Below, in pieces: positions 1 through 9,265 of a stretch of 64,000 nucleotides of DNA. The stretch lies in the NCBI GenBank assembly GCA_015075725.1, contig JABTTV010000001.1, forward strand, positions 3,461,223 to 3,525,222, read 5' to 3'. This stretch comes from Anaerolineales bacterium. GTDB taxonomy: Bacteria > Chloroflexota > Anaerolineae > Anaerolineales > Villigracilaceae. Below the pieces are notes generated by a model. That model saw only the letters and a list, made by a program, of their open reading frames with translations, was not told the origin of the DNA and did not search any database. The stretch's first letter is position 1. Each line of letters begins with the position of its first letter. The position numbers were made by a program, and so were the translations under genes.

Positions 1-866
1 GGAAGCCAAGGTATATCTGTTCGCACCATGACAGTTGTAGACTGATTGGCCGGAAGAATGGATGCAGTTTTGGTCAACAATGGCTTATGAACCCACCTGC
101 GAATATGAAGTTTGGGATAGATAAGTGGGTGATTGGTACTTCCAGGTATGGTTTGGACATCGATGGTTAGCACCAAAGACAGATAGCCATTCCCAAATGG
201 TTGCGGAGGCCAAGACACCAGTTCCAAACCTTTTCCATCAGGACGTTGGGCTCGTATCATCTTAAATGGTATATCTCTGATATAAAACACTTTTTCTTGT
301 AATTGCTTAACAATCCAGGCAGGTAAAGCCTTATAGAAATAACCTTCGTTTTCCGGAGATACACCAGGCCCACTTGGATCAAGGGGCAAGTCTATTTTTA
401 AATCTTGAAATTTCAGGTGAGACGGTGACATTCCGTTTAATAGATTGTTCAGACGGCTGTGAATTTCCGCATAAGTAGAACCTCCCAGGTTGGCGAGTTG
501 TTCCATCTCAAAATTTGCCCAGCCTCGTACAATCGTAGTGACAGGTGCAGCGTCTGGTGCATTATCGCCAGCAGTAATGAACGCGCGAAGCGATGTTTTG
601 TTAATCCATAAGGAATCAAAACCAGGGGTAATGCCGGATGGGATGGTGAGGAGAAGTACATTCCCAAGAGAACGGTACGGTAAATACCATTTTTGGGATT
701 TGGAAGAAATGTACTGAGCGATTGAATTCAACTCACTCTCCCATTCCGAAGGAAACCTTGCCTGCCACAAAATCTGGCTAGGCATACTGCCATCAACCAG
801 GTGATATGCAAAGCGACGATAGGTGGAATAATTTCCTCTTGGGCGAGCAGTGCGTTTGCTTTCCAT
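1..866 (-). CDS. pPIWI-RE (PIWI/Argonaute-superfamily) protein, N-terminal pPIWI_RE_X/DUF3962-like region; runs off left edge and is absent from the ORF track
   Basis: Translated by hand: ATG at 866 after an AGGAGG RBS, open to the window edge (MESKRTARPRG...GLELVSWPPQPF...SLVLTIDVQTIPG...IYPKLHIRRW...DIPWL). The ELVSWPP, QTIPG, IRRW and PWL motifs are typical of pPIWI_RE_X. It is the third gene after a REase and a DinG-like helicase. Confidence 0.85.
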   Translation of the reverse strand, partial: MESKRTARPRGNYSTYRRFAYHLVDGSMPSQILWQARFPSEWESELNSIAQYISSKSQKWYLPYRSLGNVLLLTIPSGITPGFDSLWINKTSLRAFITAGDNAPDAAPVTTIVRGWANFEMEQLANLGGSTYAEIHSRLNNLLNGMSPSHLKFQDLKIDLPLDPSGPGVSPENEGYFYKALPAWIVKQLQEKVFYIRDIPFKMIRAQRPDGKGLELVSWPPQPFGNGYLSLVLTIDVQTIPGSTNHPLIYPKLHIRRWVHKPLLTKTASILPANQSTTVMVRTDIPWL

Positions 867-874
867 GAAACCTC

Positions 875-3800
875 CTAATTAGTGTCGTGTCCTAGACCAT
901 GTATTTGCTGCAGCCCATGAATGGGCTCACCATACAGGGCAGTTGCAATTTGGTTGGCAGTAGTTGGTGTCTGTCCAATATGTATAAACTGTTCGTAGCA
1001 CTCACGCATGGCTATTAATAAACTTGTGCGGGCTGAGTCGGACTTTTCTTTTGTGCTCTCAGGTGCCCATTTTGAATCGACAAAGACAACGATTACAGGC
1101 ACATTTCCGCGAATACCACGTCCTACTGCTTGCCATACTCTGGTGAATAGTGTTGAAGCAAGCTTATTTCGGTCATCGTCTTCCATGTTCCGCCAGGTTT
1201 GTTTTGTGGACATGAGCCGATACCATTCCAGTCGAGCCTGTCTGCGAAAGTCTTCCGCGGCCACACCAAATAACTCTCGCGATACCATGACAGCTCTCTT
1301 GCTGAGAACCCAATGCATAAGATGACGTGCATCGGCAGAAGGATCGTTAGGTGGAAGAAGAGAACGAATCAGAAAGAATATGCTTCCAAAGGCTGCTTTT
1401 CCCGCTTGGTTTAAGATATTTCGCCCGCGCCCAATTGCATCAATAGGGGCGACGAGAACCTTACTTTCCGGATAAAGCAAAGCAAAGCGGTTTACTTCAC
1501 CTGTGCCTATTTTTAGAAATCCAGAATGGGCCGACTCCAGTAATTCATCACCTCGACTCATGCAGGCAGCATGTAAACTTGGTTGAGTCTGCTGAATAAT
1601 TGAAGTAACCGTAAAAGCTTCATCATAGCTACCAGTTAGGATAAGTATACGCTGCCTATCTCGCCATACTTCTACTACTCCATTTTGTTGACGATGGGAA
1701 ATTTCGGCTAGAACTTGTGAGATAGTTTGATTCGGTCTGGAAATCAGCCGGGCAGCAGTTTGTAATTGCTCCTGGCGTTGATCGCCGAACGCACCTGATA
1801 TGGAAACATATGTACCCTTTGATGTTGTAACAGGCTTGAAGAGCCAATCCGTAACATGTTTTTCATCGTGCCTTGTCTCCAAAATTCCTGTTGGGGTAAC
1901 ATGTACATGGAAAAATGGCGATGATGGAGACCAGGATGTCCCTGAGAGCAAGAGGGTTTGGGGTCCTTTTATTCCATCCACACTAAGAAACAGATCGTGG
2001 AAATGCATGATTGCCCAGCGTCCCATCCCGGCAAAACGGATACGCCGCAATATTCCATCAATGACGGGACGGTACTTTTCATGCTTGTATTGAAATCCAA
2101 AAATCCTGCCAGTGGGTGGCCCTGGGATAAACGGACGTAGCTCTCGATCGCGGTCTTGAAGTGAAGTGTAATCATCCAAGTTGAGATCTTGAGGCGCAGC
2201 AGACCAATTAAGCTCAACCAGAGTCAATTGATCATCAAGGAGGCAGACCAAAATTGCAAACTCAATCTTCCCGGCGGTAGATGACCAATAATTATCATTA
2301 TTCAATGACACAAGCCGAGGGTCCTCTTTGGTGTTTGCCCGCATATTTTTTCTGGCGAGTTGCACCCATTCAGCACACCGGACTTGAATTTGCTTAGTAT
2401 GTCCTGTAGCGATCAACGTTGACGCAATCTGGTTCAACTCGCGTAGAAGTTCTTCTTTTTCTAAATTCTCAAAATCTAAAGGTGCCGATGCAAATTGTCC
2501 CAGAATATTGAGCCATTCTTCGTGTTGATGTTTTTGCTGGTGTGTGCAATCTTCTGGCCTGATGCCCATCAATTCCCAGGTAATCATAGAAAACAAATTC
2601 ATGTTCCAAAAAACACCTTCACCTATCCATTTGCGAATTTGCCCAGAAGATGGGCCGGTTAAAACATCATAGATTTGATCGGTGACAGAATTTGCAATTT
2701 CAACAGCACGTACCCATTTTCGACTAGCTAGGTCTGGTAGACTGCGTTGATCATTTCTCATATGAGCAACCCGTTGTGCTAGGTCATTGAGAAGATGTCC
2801 TTGACCTGGTCCTGCAAGGATGCTATCAGGCAGGAAGATATCATCAAACGTTGATTGTGCCTGGTCACATTCATCGATAACTACAATATCACTTGCCCGA
2901 TAAACGAGCTCGTAGTAAGACATCTTGTACGGCAACAGGTTGCTGGGAATTTTTGATGAAACCAATGATGCCGGACTGCATACCCATATTGGCGCAGTTG
3001 GAATATCTCGCGAACTTTGGTGGACAGGACATATATTGACCAATGGACATAATTTATCCTGGGCGATTTGCCTCCCATCACTGGACGCCTCCCCTAATTT
3101 TTCACAAGGAAATTCGCCAGCTGGAATAGGGCCAGCATAATCATCAGAGACAAGGCTATGAGATTCGATGGCGCAAGCTGTATTCAGATAATGCCACCCG
3201 TAATGATTTATATGTGAGACATTCTTTCGTTTCGCTTCCTCATAAGAATCCTGGTAAAGCTGCTCGATATGTTTCGCTTTACTGCTCCTGCCCAAAATAG
3301 GAACGGCAAAAGAGGACCCTCGGATTGTGTTTTGGTAACGAGCGTAATTTGCCTTTTCAATCATGGGAAACAAGTGCGTTTTTTGGCGTAAAACTGGGTG
3401 TAATAAACGCTGATTGATTTCGTTGACAAACCGGAGGATTGAAGAAACATCATTCAATATCAAGGTTATTCTGTAACCTTTGTATACACTCCACACAGCT
3501 AGTAAAAAGGCAAGCGTAGATTTCCCGACCGATAATGTTCCTGGAAGATGTACAGTATTTTCCAGCAGTAACTCAGATGAGTCTTTAAGATGTCCTCTGT
3601 GTGAAAATATCTTTAACCCAATATTGTCGAGCCTCTCACGCCAATGACCAAGTGGGATCAGAGGGGGGTGAAGCTTGGATACTGCCTCGAGTTCATCAAG
3701 GAATCTGGCGATTTCCCTTAGTTCTGCAAACTTAACCATTATCTTTTCTGGATTAGGTAAATTTATATTCAGAAAATTTTCCGGTTTTTGTGTCAACTGC

Positions 3801-4327
3801 CCCCATTCATTAGGCAAGACTACTTCTCGAATAACTCTACGGTTATCAGCAGTCCTAATTTTATAAAAATATTTTTTGCCGGGTTCAGCAAATTCCTTGC
3901 CCGATCTGGTTAGTGGGGGAGGTGTCGTGGCAAGTTTTTGAAAAAATTCCAATCGCCTCTTTGTCAAAACATTGGGCGGAATTTGCTTGATACACTTTTC
4001 TTCGTTGTCCAAGTCAAAAAGCCTGATCTTTGCATCGAAAGTTTGGTAGCGTTGAATGTCTTCATTCCAACTTCTTCGATCATTGCTAATATAAAAACTG
4101 GAAATGGCGATAATCTTTTTTTCGTCATCTGTCCAATCGCCATCTATGAAATTTGCCATGCCAAACACAGCCCAAATGTCTTTAGGCAGTAAATTTAGTG
4201 TGAACGCAAGCCAAATGCCAAATTCCGTTTGGAAGAGTGTAGGTAAATTCTCCGGCAAATTCCCTTTTTCATAGAAGTCCTTCAAGTCATTGTATAGAGG
4301 ACGCCACCACTGGTTTGTATCACGCAT
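875..4327 (-). CDS. pPIWI-RE-associated DinG-like SF2 helicase (pPIWI_RE_Z-type N-terminus)
   Basis: 1150 aa. Walker A LSVGKST, Walker B VIDECD, and a Cys cluster (TAC...FPC...LCPLVNICP) like the DinG/XPD Fe-S site. Start overlaps the REase stop by 8 nt. Confidence 0.85.
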   Translation of the reverse strand: MRDTNQWWRPLYNDLKDFYEKGNLPENLPTLFQTEFGIWLAFTLNLLPKDIWAVFGMANFIDGDWTDDEKKIIAISSFYISNDRRSWNEDIQRYQTFDAKIRLFDLDNEEKCIKQIPPNVLTKRRLEFFQKLATTPPPLTRSGKEFAEPGKKYFYKIRTADNRRVIREVVLPNEWGQLTQKPENFLNINLPNPEKIMVKFAELREIARFLDELEAVSKLHPPLIPLGHWRERLDNIGLKIFSHRGHLKDSSELLLENTVHLPGTLSVGKSTLAFLLAVWSVYKGYRITLILNDVSSILRFVNEINQRLLHPVLRQKTHLFPMIEKANYARYQNTIRGSSFAVPILGRSSKAKHIEQLYQDSYEEAKRKNVSHINHYGWHYLNTACAIESHSLVSDDYAGPIPAGEFPCEKLGEASSDGRQIAQDKLCPLVNICPVHQSSRDIPTAPIWVCSPASLVSSKIPSNLLPYKMSYYELVYRASDIVVIDECDQAQSTFDDIFLPDSILAGPGQGHLLNDLAQRVAHMRNDQRSLPDLASRKWVRAVEIANSVTDQIYDVLTGPSSGQIRKWIGEGVFWNMNLFSMITWELMGIRPEDCTHQQKHQHEEWLNILGQFASAPLDFENLEKEELLRELNQIASTLIATGHTKQIQVRCAEWVQLARKNMRANTKEDPRLVSLNNDNYWSSTAGKIEFAILVCLLDDQLTLVELNWSAAPQDLNLDDYTSLQDRDRELRPFIPGPPTGRIFGFQYKHEKYRPVIDGILRRIRFAGMGRWAIMHFHDLFLSVDGIKGPQTLLLSGTSWSPSSPFFHVHVTPTGILETRHDEKHVTDWLFKPVTTSKGTYVSISGAFGDQRQEQLQTAARLISRPNQTISQVLAEISHRQQNGVVEVWRDRQRILILTGSYDEAFTVTSIIQQTQPSLHAACMSRGDELLESAHSGFLKIGTGEVNRFALLYPESKVLVAPIDAIGRGRNILNQAGKAAFGSIFFLIRSLLPPNDPSADARHLMHWVLSKRAVMVSRELFGVAAEDFRRQARLEWYRLMSTKQTWRNMEDDDRNKLASTLFTRVWQAVGRGIRGNVPVIVVFVDSKWAPESTKEKSDSARTSLLIAMRECYEQFIHIGQTPTTANQIATALYGEPIHGLQQIHGLGHDTN

Positions 4328-5402
4328 AATTCACTTCCCTTTTTATTAGGCGTAGAAACTGCTTCATAGATAAAAGGTTCACTCTGCTTTTTCTTGCGCC
4401 CGTCAACAATGCACCTTCCCAGAATAATTTTTCATAGTTTGGTAAGAAAAAATCATCTTCAATCACATAGAATGACCGATCCCAATGCAGATCCTGCAAG
4501 GCATAGTTCTGGATAAAACCTTTTTCGGCTTCCCTTCGACCCAATATCCACGGTGACTTGCTGGCTTTGACGTCCACCGCCCACACCTTGCCGTCAGGCA
4601 GGATAATTTGCAAATCATATTCATCAATTCCTGGCCATAACTTAGTTGTGAGTTTCATCTTAGATAGCTTATTATTCAGTTCAATTTCTGGTAGACCGGG
4701 GAGACAGACATACGCTTTTATGCCTCGCTTGAGACGTTTCAAGTCAGTAGTGAACTCGATGGATTTAGCCTTTGAAAAATCCCCGTGCTTTTCACAGATG
4801 ACCCAATTTCTGCAATACAAGTGCCCATCTTTCAAAAGCAGTGCGTCGTGGCAATGATGGCATAAGAAGACTCTACTGTTTTCAACGCATTCCGTAGGAA
4901 TAGATTCATAGGCATCCTGTACTTCGTTCAAAATGTTACCTCGGGAAATCTGATCAATAATTTCCTTGAGCCTAACAATTGGATTCTCGATTATAAAACG
5001 CCGGCTTTTCAAATAAAGTGGATAATAACTTGACCGGTCTGACCGGCAGATGTCCAGTATTTTTTTCATAACGCTTTCGTCAATTTCATCAATTTGAGCG
5101 TTTAGTCCTCGTAGTGAATAAGCCCATTCCATGCAGAATGTTGAGGGCTCCCCAAACCGTAACAGTACATCGTTTTCTACACAATTTGGTAACGAGCCCG
5201 GCCACCATTGCTTTATAGGGAATTCAAACTCAGAAAGTAAATCAAAACGACTGACAGGCAACGGCTTTTCCCCATATAAAAGATTTCGTGCTTGCAAATC
5301 CCGAATCCCTAGTTCCAAGATTTCCGGGAACTCAATTGCAGGTCGTCCTAAAAATGATAACCCTGTCGCAATCTTAGCAAGAACATCGTCTGCTTCAATC
5401 AT
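4320..5402 (-). CDS. pPIWI-RE-associated restriction endonuclease-fold protein (pPIWI_RE_Y + Zn-ribbon + PD-(D/E)XK)
   Basis: YDLQIILPDGKVWAVDVK nuclease motif and CHHC/CRNWVIC cysteines. Likely start is MIEADD at 5402, overlapping the upstream stop; the ORF track extends to 5492. Confidence 0.8.
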   Translation of the reverse strand: MIEADDVLAKIATGLSFLGRPAIEFPEILELGIRDLQARNLLYGEKPLPVSRFDLLSEFEFPIKQWWPGSLPNCVENDVLLRFGEPSTFCMEWAYSLRGLNAQIDEIDESVMKKILDICRSDRSSYYPLYLKSRRFIIENPIVRLKEIIDQISRGNILNEVQDAYESIPTECVENSRVFLCHHCHDALLLKDGHLYCRNWVICEKHGDFSKAKSIEFTTDLKRLKRGIKAYVCLPGLPEIELNNKLSKMKLTTKLWPGIDEYDLQIILPDGKVWAVDVKASKSPWILGRREAEKGFIQNYALQDLHWDRSFYVIEDDFFLPNYEKLFWEGALLTGARKSRVNLLSMKQFLRLIKREVNYA

Positions 5403-5991
5403 GTTTCGATTCCTCCAAGGGCCAAAACATATATATATATTGCAGCCCATTTTCGGTAATTTCAAAATCTCTACGGATGAGATGCATATCATAAAGGCGT
5501 TTGAGTCGCGTGCTTGCTGTATTCACCGCCAGCCCCAATTGTCTCGCTAAATCTGGCGCCGTAAGCTGTCCTTGTTTGAAAAGTAAATCCAGAGTTTCCC
5601 GCAGGTTTTGTTCTAATTGTCCAATGCAATCCCATTGGCCTGTCTGTTTTATCACCATGAAAGCGATTTTGAGCTTCTGTAATTTTACTGCTGCGGTCAG
5701 ATTCTCGATGGAGTCGTCCCCCAGCCCATACAAAATAATTCCTTGCCCTTCGCCGAACGCATCTTTATTTAATCCTTCCTGGAGACGAATGACCACTTCA
5801 TCTGCAAAGGACACATCCATAAGTTGATTTTCTGGAAAGATAATCCTGATTGGACAATTTGCAGGATCAGAAGCCTGTATGTGTTTTACCAATTCTATAT
5901 ACACTTTTTGCCCTTTTTCCCGAGTAATCAGGAGAGCAGAGTTTCCAATACCAACTTCACTACAAATCGTTCCAAGATTTATGTCCAACAT
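5395..5991 (-). CDS. capS: STAS-like + winged-HTH transcriptional repressor (CapS-like)
   Basis: N-terminal STAS-like domain with MDVSFADE (candidate phospho-Ser) and C-terminal wHTH (LTAPDLARQLGLAVNTASTRLKRLYDMHLI). It sits next to an anti-sigma-type kinase. Confidence 0.7.
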   Translation of the reverse strand: MLDINLGTICSEVGIGNSALLITREKGQKVYIELVKHIQASDPANCPIRIIFPENQLMDVSFADEVVIRLQEGLNKDAFGEGQGIILYGLGDDSIENLTAAVKLQKLKIAFMVIKQTGQWDCIGQLEQNLRETLDLLFKQGQLTAPDLARQLGLAVNTASTRLKRLYDMHLIRRDFEITENGLQYIYMFWPLEESKHD

Positions 5992-6029
5992 AGTTTTCTC
6001 CTACATGTATTCAAGTGTTTGTATTGACC

Positions 6030-6050
6030 GTTCAAGTAATTTACTTGAAC
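6030..6050. promoter_or_regulatory. Perfect 10-1-10 palindrome, candidate CapS operator
   Basis: GTTCAAGTAA-T-TTACTTGAAC, 40-60 bp upstream of the capS start. Related half-sites at 6010-6016 (TTCAAGT) and 6086-6095 (TCAAGCTTGA). Confidence 0.65.
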
Positions 6051-6106
6051 ACATAGGGCTATTTTACAACTTCTGTTGAGTTGAGTCAAGCTTGAAAAAT
6101 GTGTTA

Positions 6107-7000
6107 TTAGCTTTGCAGTAAAGAGAAATTGAGCCCCAGCGCGATTTGTGTTCCTGGAAAAAAAACTGTCTCAGATGTAAATACCCTACCCGCCTTAAAG
6201 TGGCTTAGTACCGTAGCGTCATGAGACCGCAAATAAAGCGAACCGTTATTATCTTGCAGGATTTGCTCAACCCGTCTTAAACCAAGTCCACCGCGTCCTG
6301 TGTCTCTGGCTGATTGTCCTTCCATAGCCAATTTGAGGTAATCAATTGCAGAGCCAGCTATGAGGCCATAGCGCGATTCTAAACTTCCCCTTATCCCGCA
6401 TCCAAGATCCCCAACTGCCACTTGCACATTGACCACGTTTAGTGCTTGTTTCTCGTATTTTTGTATTAGGACAATCCCATTTTTGTCAGCGCTATGTTGG
6501 TAGACATTTGAGCACAGTTCGCTTAAAGAACCCAACAAGCTATTTAATGCACTCTTGTTTAGCCAATGACTAAAAATATTCTCGGCTCTTTCAATAGTTT
6601 TTTCAACATCTGAATTTGTACTAATCCTGGTCATTTCCAATAATTGACTGGTGTGTGAATTTCGTGCCCACTCATCTGCACCTAAATTCTCTATTTCCAA
6701 CCAATCTTGTGCTCCAACAGGAATATCCATTCTTTGTAAATATTTTTGCACTTCTCGGGAAACATTTCTCAGCAACACCTTTTTTTTTGTAATCCCGTAT
6801 ATATGCCGGCAAACAAGAATTAATCCAAGAGCGCGAGATGGTGTGATAAATCCTGCTCTCTCCATGTTTATAGAAATAGTTGATGTTGAAGTAGTTTTAT
6901 TAGCAAGATCGAATAACAAATTTAAATCGGAAAAATTATCTTCCGACGTTGAAGTCGAGTAATTAATTTGTATTTCATGATTAATGTTCATGAAGTTCAA
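6107..7000 (-). CDS. capK: STAS-like + anti-sigma-type HATPase kinase (CapK-like)
   Basis: HATPase N-box ELCSNVYQH, G1 DLGCGI and G2 GRGGLGL; N-terminal STAS-like region. Confidence 0.7.
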   Translation of the reverse strand: MNFMNINHEIQINYSTSTSEDNFSDLNLLFDLANKTTSTSTISINMERAGFITPSRALGLILVCRHIYGITKKKVLLRNVSREVQKYLQRMDIPVGAQDWLEIENLGADEWARNSHTSQLLEMTRISTNSDVEKTIERAENIFSHWLNKSALNSLLGSLSELCSNVYQHSADKNGIVLIQKYEKQALNVVNVQVAVGDLGCGIRGSLESRYGLIAGSAIDYLKLAMEGQSARDTGRGGLGLRRVEQILQDNNGSLYLRSHDATVLSHFKAGRVFTSETVFFPGTQIALGLNFSLLQS

Positions 7001-7044
7001 ATCCTATTGAGCAAGAAAAATTGCTACAGAGCATTTTGCCTTGA

Positions 7045-9264
7045 CTATTTCTCATTTTGGTATATTTGATCCTTGTATAAATTAGAAACGATAATACCTT
7101 GTAAATCTTTTCTTGCCTGTTCCCAATCCAGCCATTCCTGTCCGGTGCGTCTCGCAATCAAATGATCAGGAATAAATTCATCGAATTTTTGGATGCGTTG
7201 GATCTCGACCGGGATCATGTTGACAATATCTTCCAAACCATATCCCGAATTGGCAACATCCTGCAATCTGGACGTAAACTGCTCTCTGGTTTCACCTTCT
7301 GCCTTGGCAATGGTCATAACCCAGGGAAACATCATCATGGGGAAGTCGGCTTTTAGTCCACAAGCTTGGAACCAATATTGAAGCGTCCGGGCAGAACGTG
7401 TGCCTGTCCAGGGGAAGATCACCCAACTTCCAGGAAGTTCAAATATCTGCTTTTGTCCAATACCCCAGTCTAAACTGAGCCGGCGCGTATCTGCCAAAGC
7501 ACGTTGCCCATTTGCATCCAAATATGAAAAGGTCTTGTCAGATAATAGAATTTCCAGAACACGCTGAGCAATACGCGGATGCATTTCAGGGATGCCTGCC
7601 CCAAGGAACATAACATCGCGGGAGTCTTTCGCCGGCTCCACCAGGACTTGCTGCTTGTCTTCAAATATCTGCTTTACCTCCCATATCCTGCCCACCAAGA
7701 GGAGGCAAGTACCGGGAGCCAAATCTGGACGAGGACTGATCCGTCCAAGAATGCGTTCCTTATGGAAAACATCCCATTCCGGCGGAGTGGTAAAAACAGC
7801 ATAGAAATCCCTGGAACGAACCACTTTTTCACCAGCCAGCCCCAGAATGATCTCGCCTGTTTCCAACTGTTCAATATGATCTGTAGCTCCCAAATGTTTG
7901 AGTAGATCGGCATATTCCTGCGATGTCACACCAGGGAAAACATTCGAGCCTAAGAAATGCCCCACCAAATCCTTGGGGGAACTGCCATGTGTCTCCACTA
8001 ATCTGGAAAGCATTTGGTGATAGAGAACATTGTAGGCAACGGTTCTCTCAAGGGGCGGCTCAAGCCAGCCTTCGAGGAAGAGATCCACGATTGCCAATGA
8101 CTTCAACAAGGAGAAGGGAATTCTTTCATAGAATTCATCACCTGCTTCGGACTCGATCTCTGATGTGTAAATCTGCATAATGCGGCTGGCATCCTGCCGC
8201 CGTCCGGTTCGTCCCAAGCGTTGTACAAAGGACATCACTGTGTGAGTGCTGTCCATTTGCACGGCAAGATCCAACTGACCAATGTCGATCCCCAATTCCA
8301 GCGTGTTCGTACAAACCACGGAGGAAGGTCGGTCATCATCCCGCATGCGGACTTCCGCGTCCTCGCGGATTTCCTTGCTGATCGATCCATGATGGGGAAG
8401 GAAATGTTCAGGCAGGCGTTCGCGTTGATTGCGGCGGTTCAATTCTGCCGTCAGAACCTCCACATGCCTACGGCTGTTGCAAAAGATCAGCGACCGTTTG
8501 TTCTTGGTAAGAGCATAGAGATCGTCAAGCAGTTCGGAAGGGATATCCTCTTTTGTAAGAGAAAAATGCAAATGGCTTAACTTCGTTGGGGGCAGGCTGA
8601 CATCTGGGTCGATGACCTGCACCTTCGAGGGGTCGGTTGGATTTAACCACCTCTTTGCCGCCTCCGTATCACCCACGGTGGCGGACAAACCAATCCGTCT
8701 CGGACGGTTGGATTTTGCATACTTCTCGATGCGTTGCAACTGGCTACGGAGTTGCACACCGCGATCCGATTCCATAAAGGAATGGACTTCATCTACTACG
8801 ATGAACTGCAAACCGCCAAATAAACGATGCAGGTGATTGGTTTTGTTGACAAATAGACTCTCAATGGATTCGGGGGTAATTTGCAGGACCCCGCCCGGCT
8901 GCTTGATGAGGTCGGCTTTTTGACTGCTGCCCACATCGCCATGCCAGCGGTGGATAGGAATATCGCCTGCTTCACACAATAGATCGAGCCTGCGGAATTG
9001 ATCGTTGATCAACGCCTTGAGCGGACCGATATACAACGCTTTGATCGATCCCATTGGCTCCTGGGCGATCAGGCTCAGAATGGGAAGGAATGCCGCTTCG
9101 GTCTTGCCGCTGGCGGTGCCGGTTGTGATCAGGACATCGTTCTCGCTGTCAAAGATCGCGTTAATCGCCTGGGCTTGAAGTTCCCGAAGCTCCTGCCAAC
9201 CAAGACGATAGACAAATTCCTGTACAAAGGGAGCGAGCCGATCAAATGCATTTGGGGAAGACAT
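7045..9264 (-). CDS. sngC: Lhr-like DEAD/DEAH helicase, Shango SngC
   Basis: TASGKTEAA, DEVH, LSAT, HHGS and QRLGRTGR motifs; third gene of a TerB-ATPase-helicase trio. Confidence 0.85.
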   Translation of the reverse strand: MSSPNAFDRLAPFVQEFVYRLGWQELRELQAQAINAIFDSENDVLITTGTASGKTEAAFLPILSLIAQEPMGSIKALYIGPLKALINDQFRRLDLLCEAGDIPIHRWHGDVGSSQKADLIKQPGGVLQITPESIESLFVNKTNHLHRLFGGLQFIVVDEVHSFMESDRGVQLRSQLQRIEKYAKSNRPRRIGLSATVGDTEAAKRWLNPTDPSKVQVIDPDVSLPPTKLSHLHFSLTKEDIPSELLDDLYALTKNKRSLIFCNSRRHVEVLTAELNRRNQRERLPEHFLPHHGSISKEIREDAEVRMRDDDRPSSVVCTNTLELGIDIGQLDLAVQMDSTHTVMSFVQRLGRTGRRQDASRIMQIYTSEIESEAGDEFYERIPFSLLKSLAIVDLFLEGWLEPPLERTVAYNVLYHQMLSRLVETHGSSPKDLVGHFLGSNVFPGVTSQEYADLLKHLGATDHIEQLETGEIILGLAGEKVVRSRDFYAVFTTPPEWDVFHKERILGRISPRPDLAPGTCLLLVGRIWEVKQIFEDKQQVLVEPAKDSRDVMFLGAGIPEMHPRIAQRVLEILLSDKTFSYLDANGQRALADTRRLSLDWGIGQKQIFELPGSWVIFPWTGTRSARTLQYWFQACGLKADFPMMMFPWVMTIAKAEGETREQFTSRLQDVANSGYGLEDIVNMIPVEIQRIQKFDEFIPDHLIARRTGQEWLDWEQARKDLQGIIVSNLYKDQIYQNEK

Positions 9265-9265
9265 A

